A stretch of 64,000 nt of DNA from an uncultured Pseudomonadota bacterium. GTDB lineage: Bacteria > Desulfobacterota > Binatia > Binatales > Binataceae. Positions within the stretch are counted from its first letter, which is position 1, and every line of letters starts with the position of its first letter. Below the pieces are notes generated by a model. It was not told where the DNA came from. It searched no databases and saw only the letters and a program-made list of their open reading frames with translations. The stretch covers positions 67,575 through 131,574 of the forward strand of contig CAWGQB010000020.1 in assembly GCA_963824565.1 (NCBI GenBank), read 5' to 3'. This document shows, piece by piece, positions 63,410-64,000 of the stretch. The position numbers and the translations under genes were made by a program.

Positions 63410-64000
63410 TGCGAGAGGCGCTGCTCGGATTCATCGCCCGTCTGCGCGAGGCGGGAGTGCGAATCTCGGTGGCGGAATCGATCGACGCCGCCCACGCGAT
63501 GCCTGCGGCCGGCCTGGAGCGCGTGCGGCTGCGCGAAGCGCTGGCAGCCACCCTGGTCAAGGACGAAGCCGATCGGCCGACCTTCGATCGCGAATTCGAT
63601 CTTTACTTCCGCGCGGGGCATCAGAGCCGAAATGCGCCGCAGCGCGGCCAGAGCTGGCAAGGGATGGTGGGAGCACATGGACGTCCTTCGGAGGGCGGAA
63701 CGATCGCGTCGGTCCGAAAACTCGACACACCGCCGCGGGCCGGACAAAAGAGCGTCAAGCCCTCTTCACAATCCGAAGCCACGCAGAAGTCCACCGCGCG
63801 GCAACAGGAACGCGAAGCCGACGTGGACGGCGACACCGCGGAGAACTCCGGACAGGACCAAAATGGCGGCACCGCAGCGGTGAGGAACCGCGAAGCCGAA
63901 ACCAAACCATTCAGCGCGTATACCGAGCTCGATTACGAGCAGGCGCTCAAGATGCTGGTGCCGCTGCGGCGCCGCTTCCGGGTGCGGATGGGACGACGCT
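63409..64000 (+). CDS. CoxE-like vWA protein, N-terminal part (runs off the window)
   Basis: TGATG overlap with MoxR; MREALLGFIARLREAGVRISVAESIDA..LREALAATLVK; frame open to the window end. Confidence 0.8.
   Translation, partial: MREALLGFIARLREAGVRISVAESIDAAHAMPAAGLERVRLREALAATLVKDEADRPTFDREFDLYFRAGHQSRNAPQRGQSWQGMVGAHGRPSEGGTIASVRKLDTPPRAGQKSVKPSSQSEATQKSTARQQEREADVDGDTAENSGQDQNGGTAAVRNREAETKPFSAYTELDYEQALKMLVPLRRRFRVRMGRR

Noticed and set aside
62528-64000. MoxR-vWA pair as partner of the vWA/FHA operon
   Set aside because: It lies 50 kb away and is a common CoxD/CoxE-type chaperone pair; no evidence of a link

Overview
A GC-rich (~60-65% by eye) bacterial chromosomal segment. Gene content and style suggest a soil Deltaproteobacteria-like or Binatota-like organism (inference). 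About 55 CDSs are recognisable. Many are broken by single-base indels, including in core genes, which most likely reflects long-read assembly error rather than true pseudogenes. Main blocks in order: (1) thiolase-like + DUF35 pair; (2) a compact six-gene phospho-threonine signalling operon (vWA, Zn-ribbon-FHA, kinase-FHA, Zn-ribbon-pseudokinase-PP2C, membrane kinase with repeated ectodomain, multi-TM-FHA) followed by a lipoprotein; (3) ligD/ku NHEJ genes next to a family B DNA polymerase whose three proofreading motifs are each altered; (4) tandem amidases, gltA, ilvD, higBA, bactofilin, alkA; (5) a DUF2126/ATP-grasp-alphaE/transglutaminase operon with a MazF remnant inside it; (6) a sigma54 two-component system; (7) dprA-topA-trmFO-ppx; (8) pcp, rhodanese, bluB, pyrD, thyX, UDG, serine hydrolase, orphan antitoxin and a MoxR/CoxE-vWA pair. 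No rRNA, tRNA, CRISPR array or transposase was recognised. Best candidates for novelty: the vWA-FHA-kinase-phosphatase operon (the vWA tail carries an array of T-x-x-L motifs), the apparently exonuclease-dead PolB at the NHEJ locus, and a small secreted helix-turn-helix-like protein.
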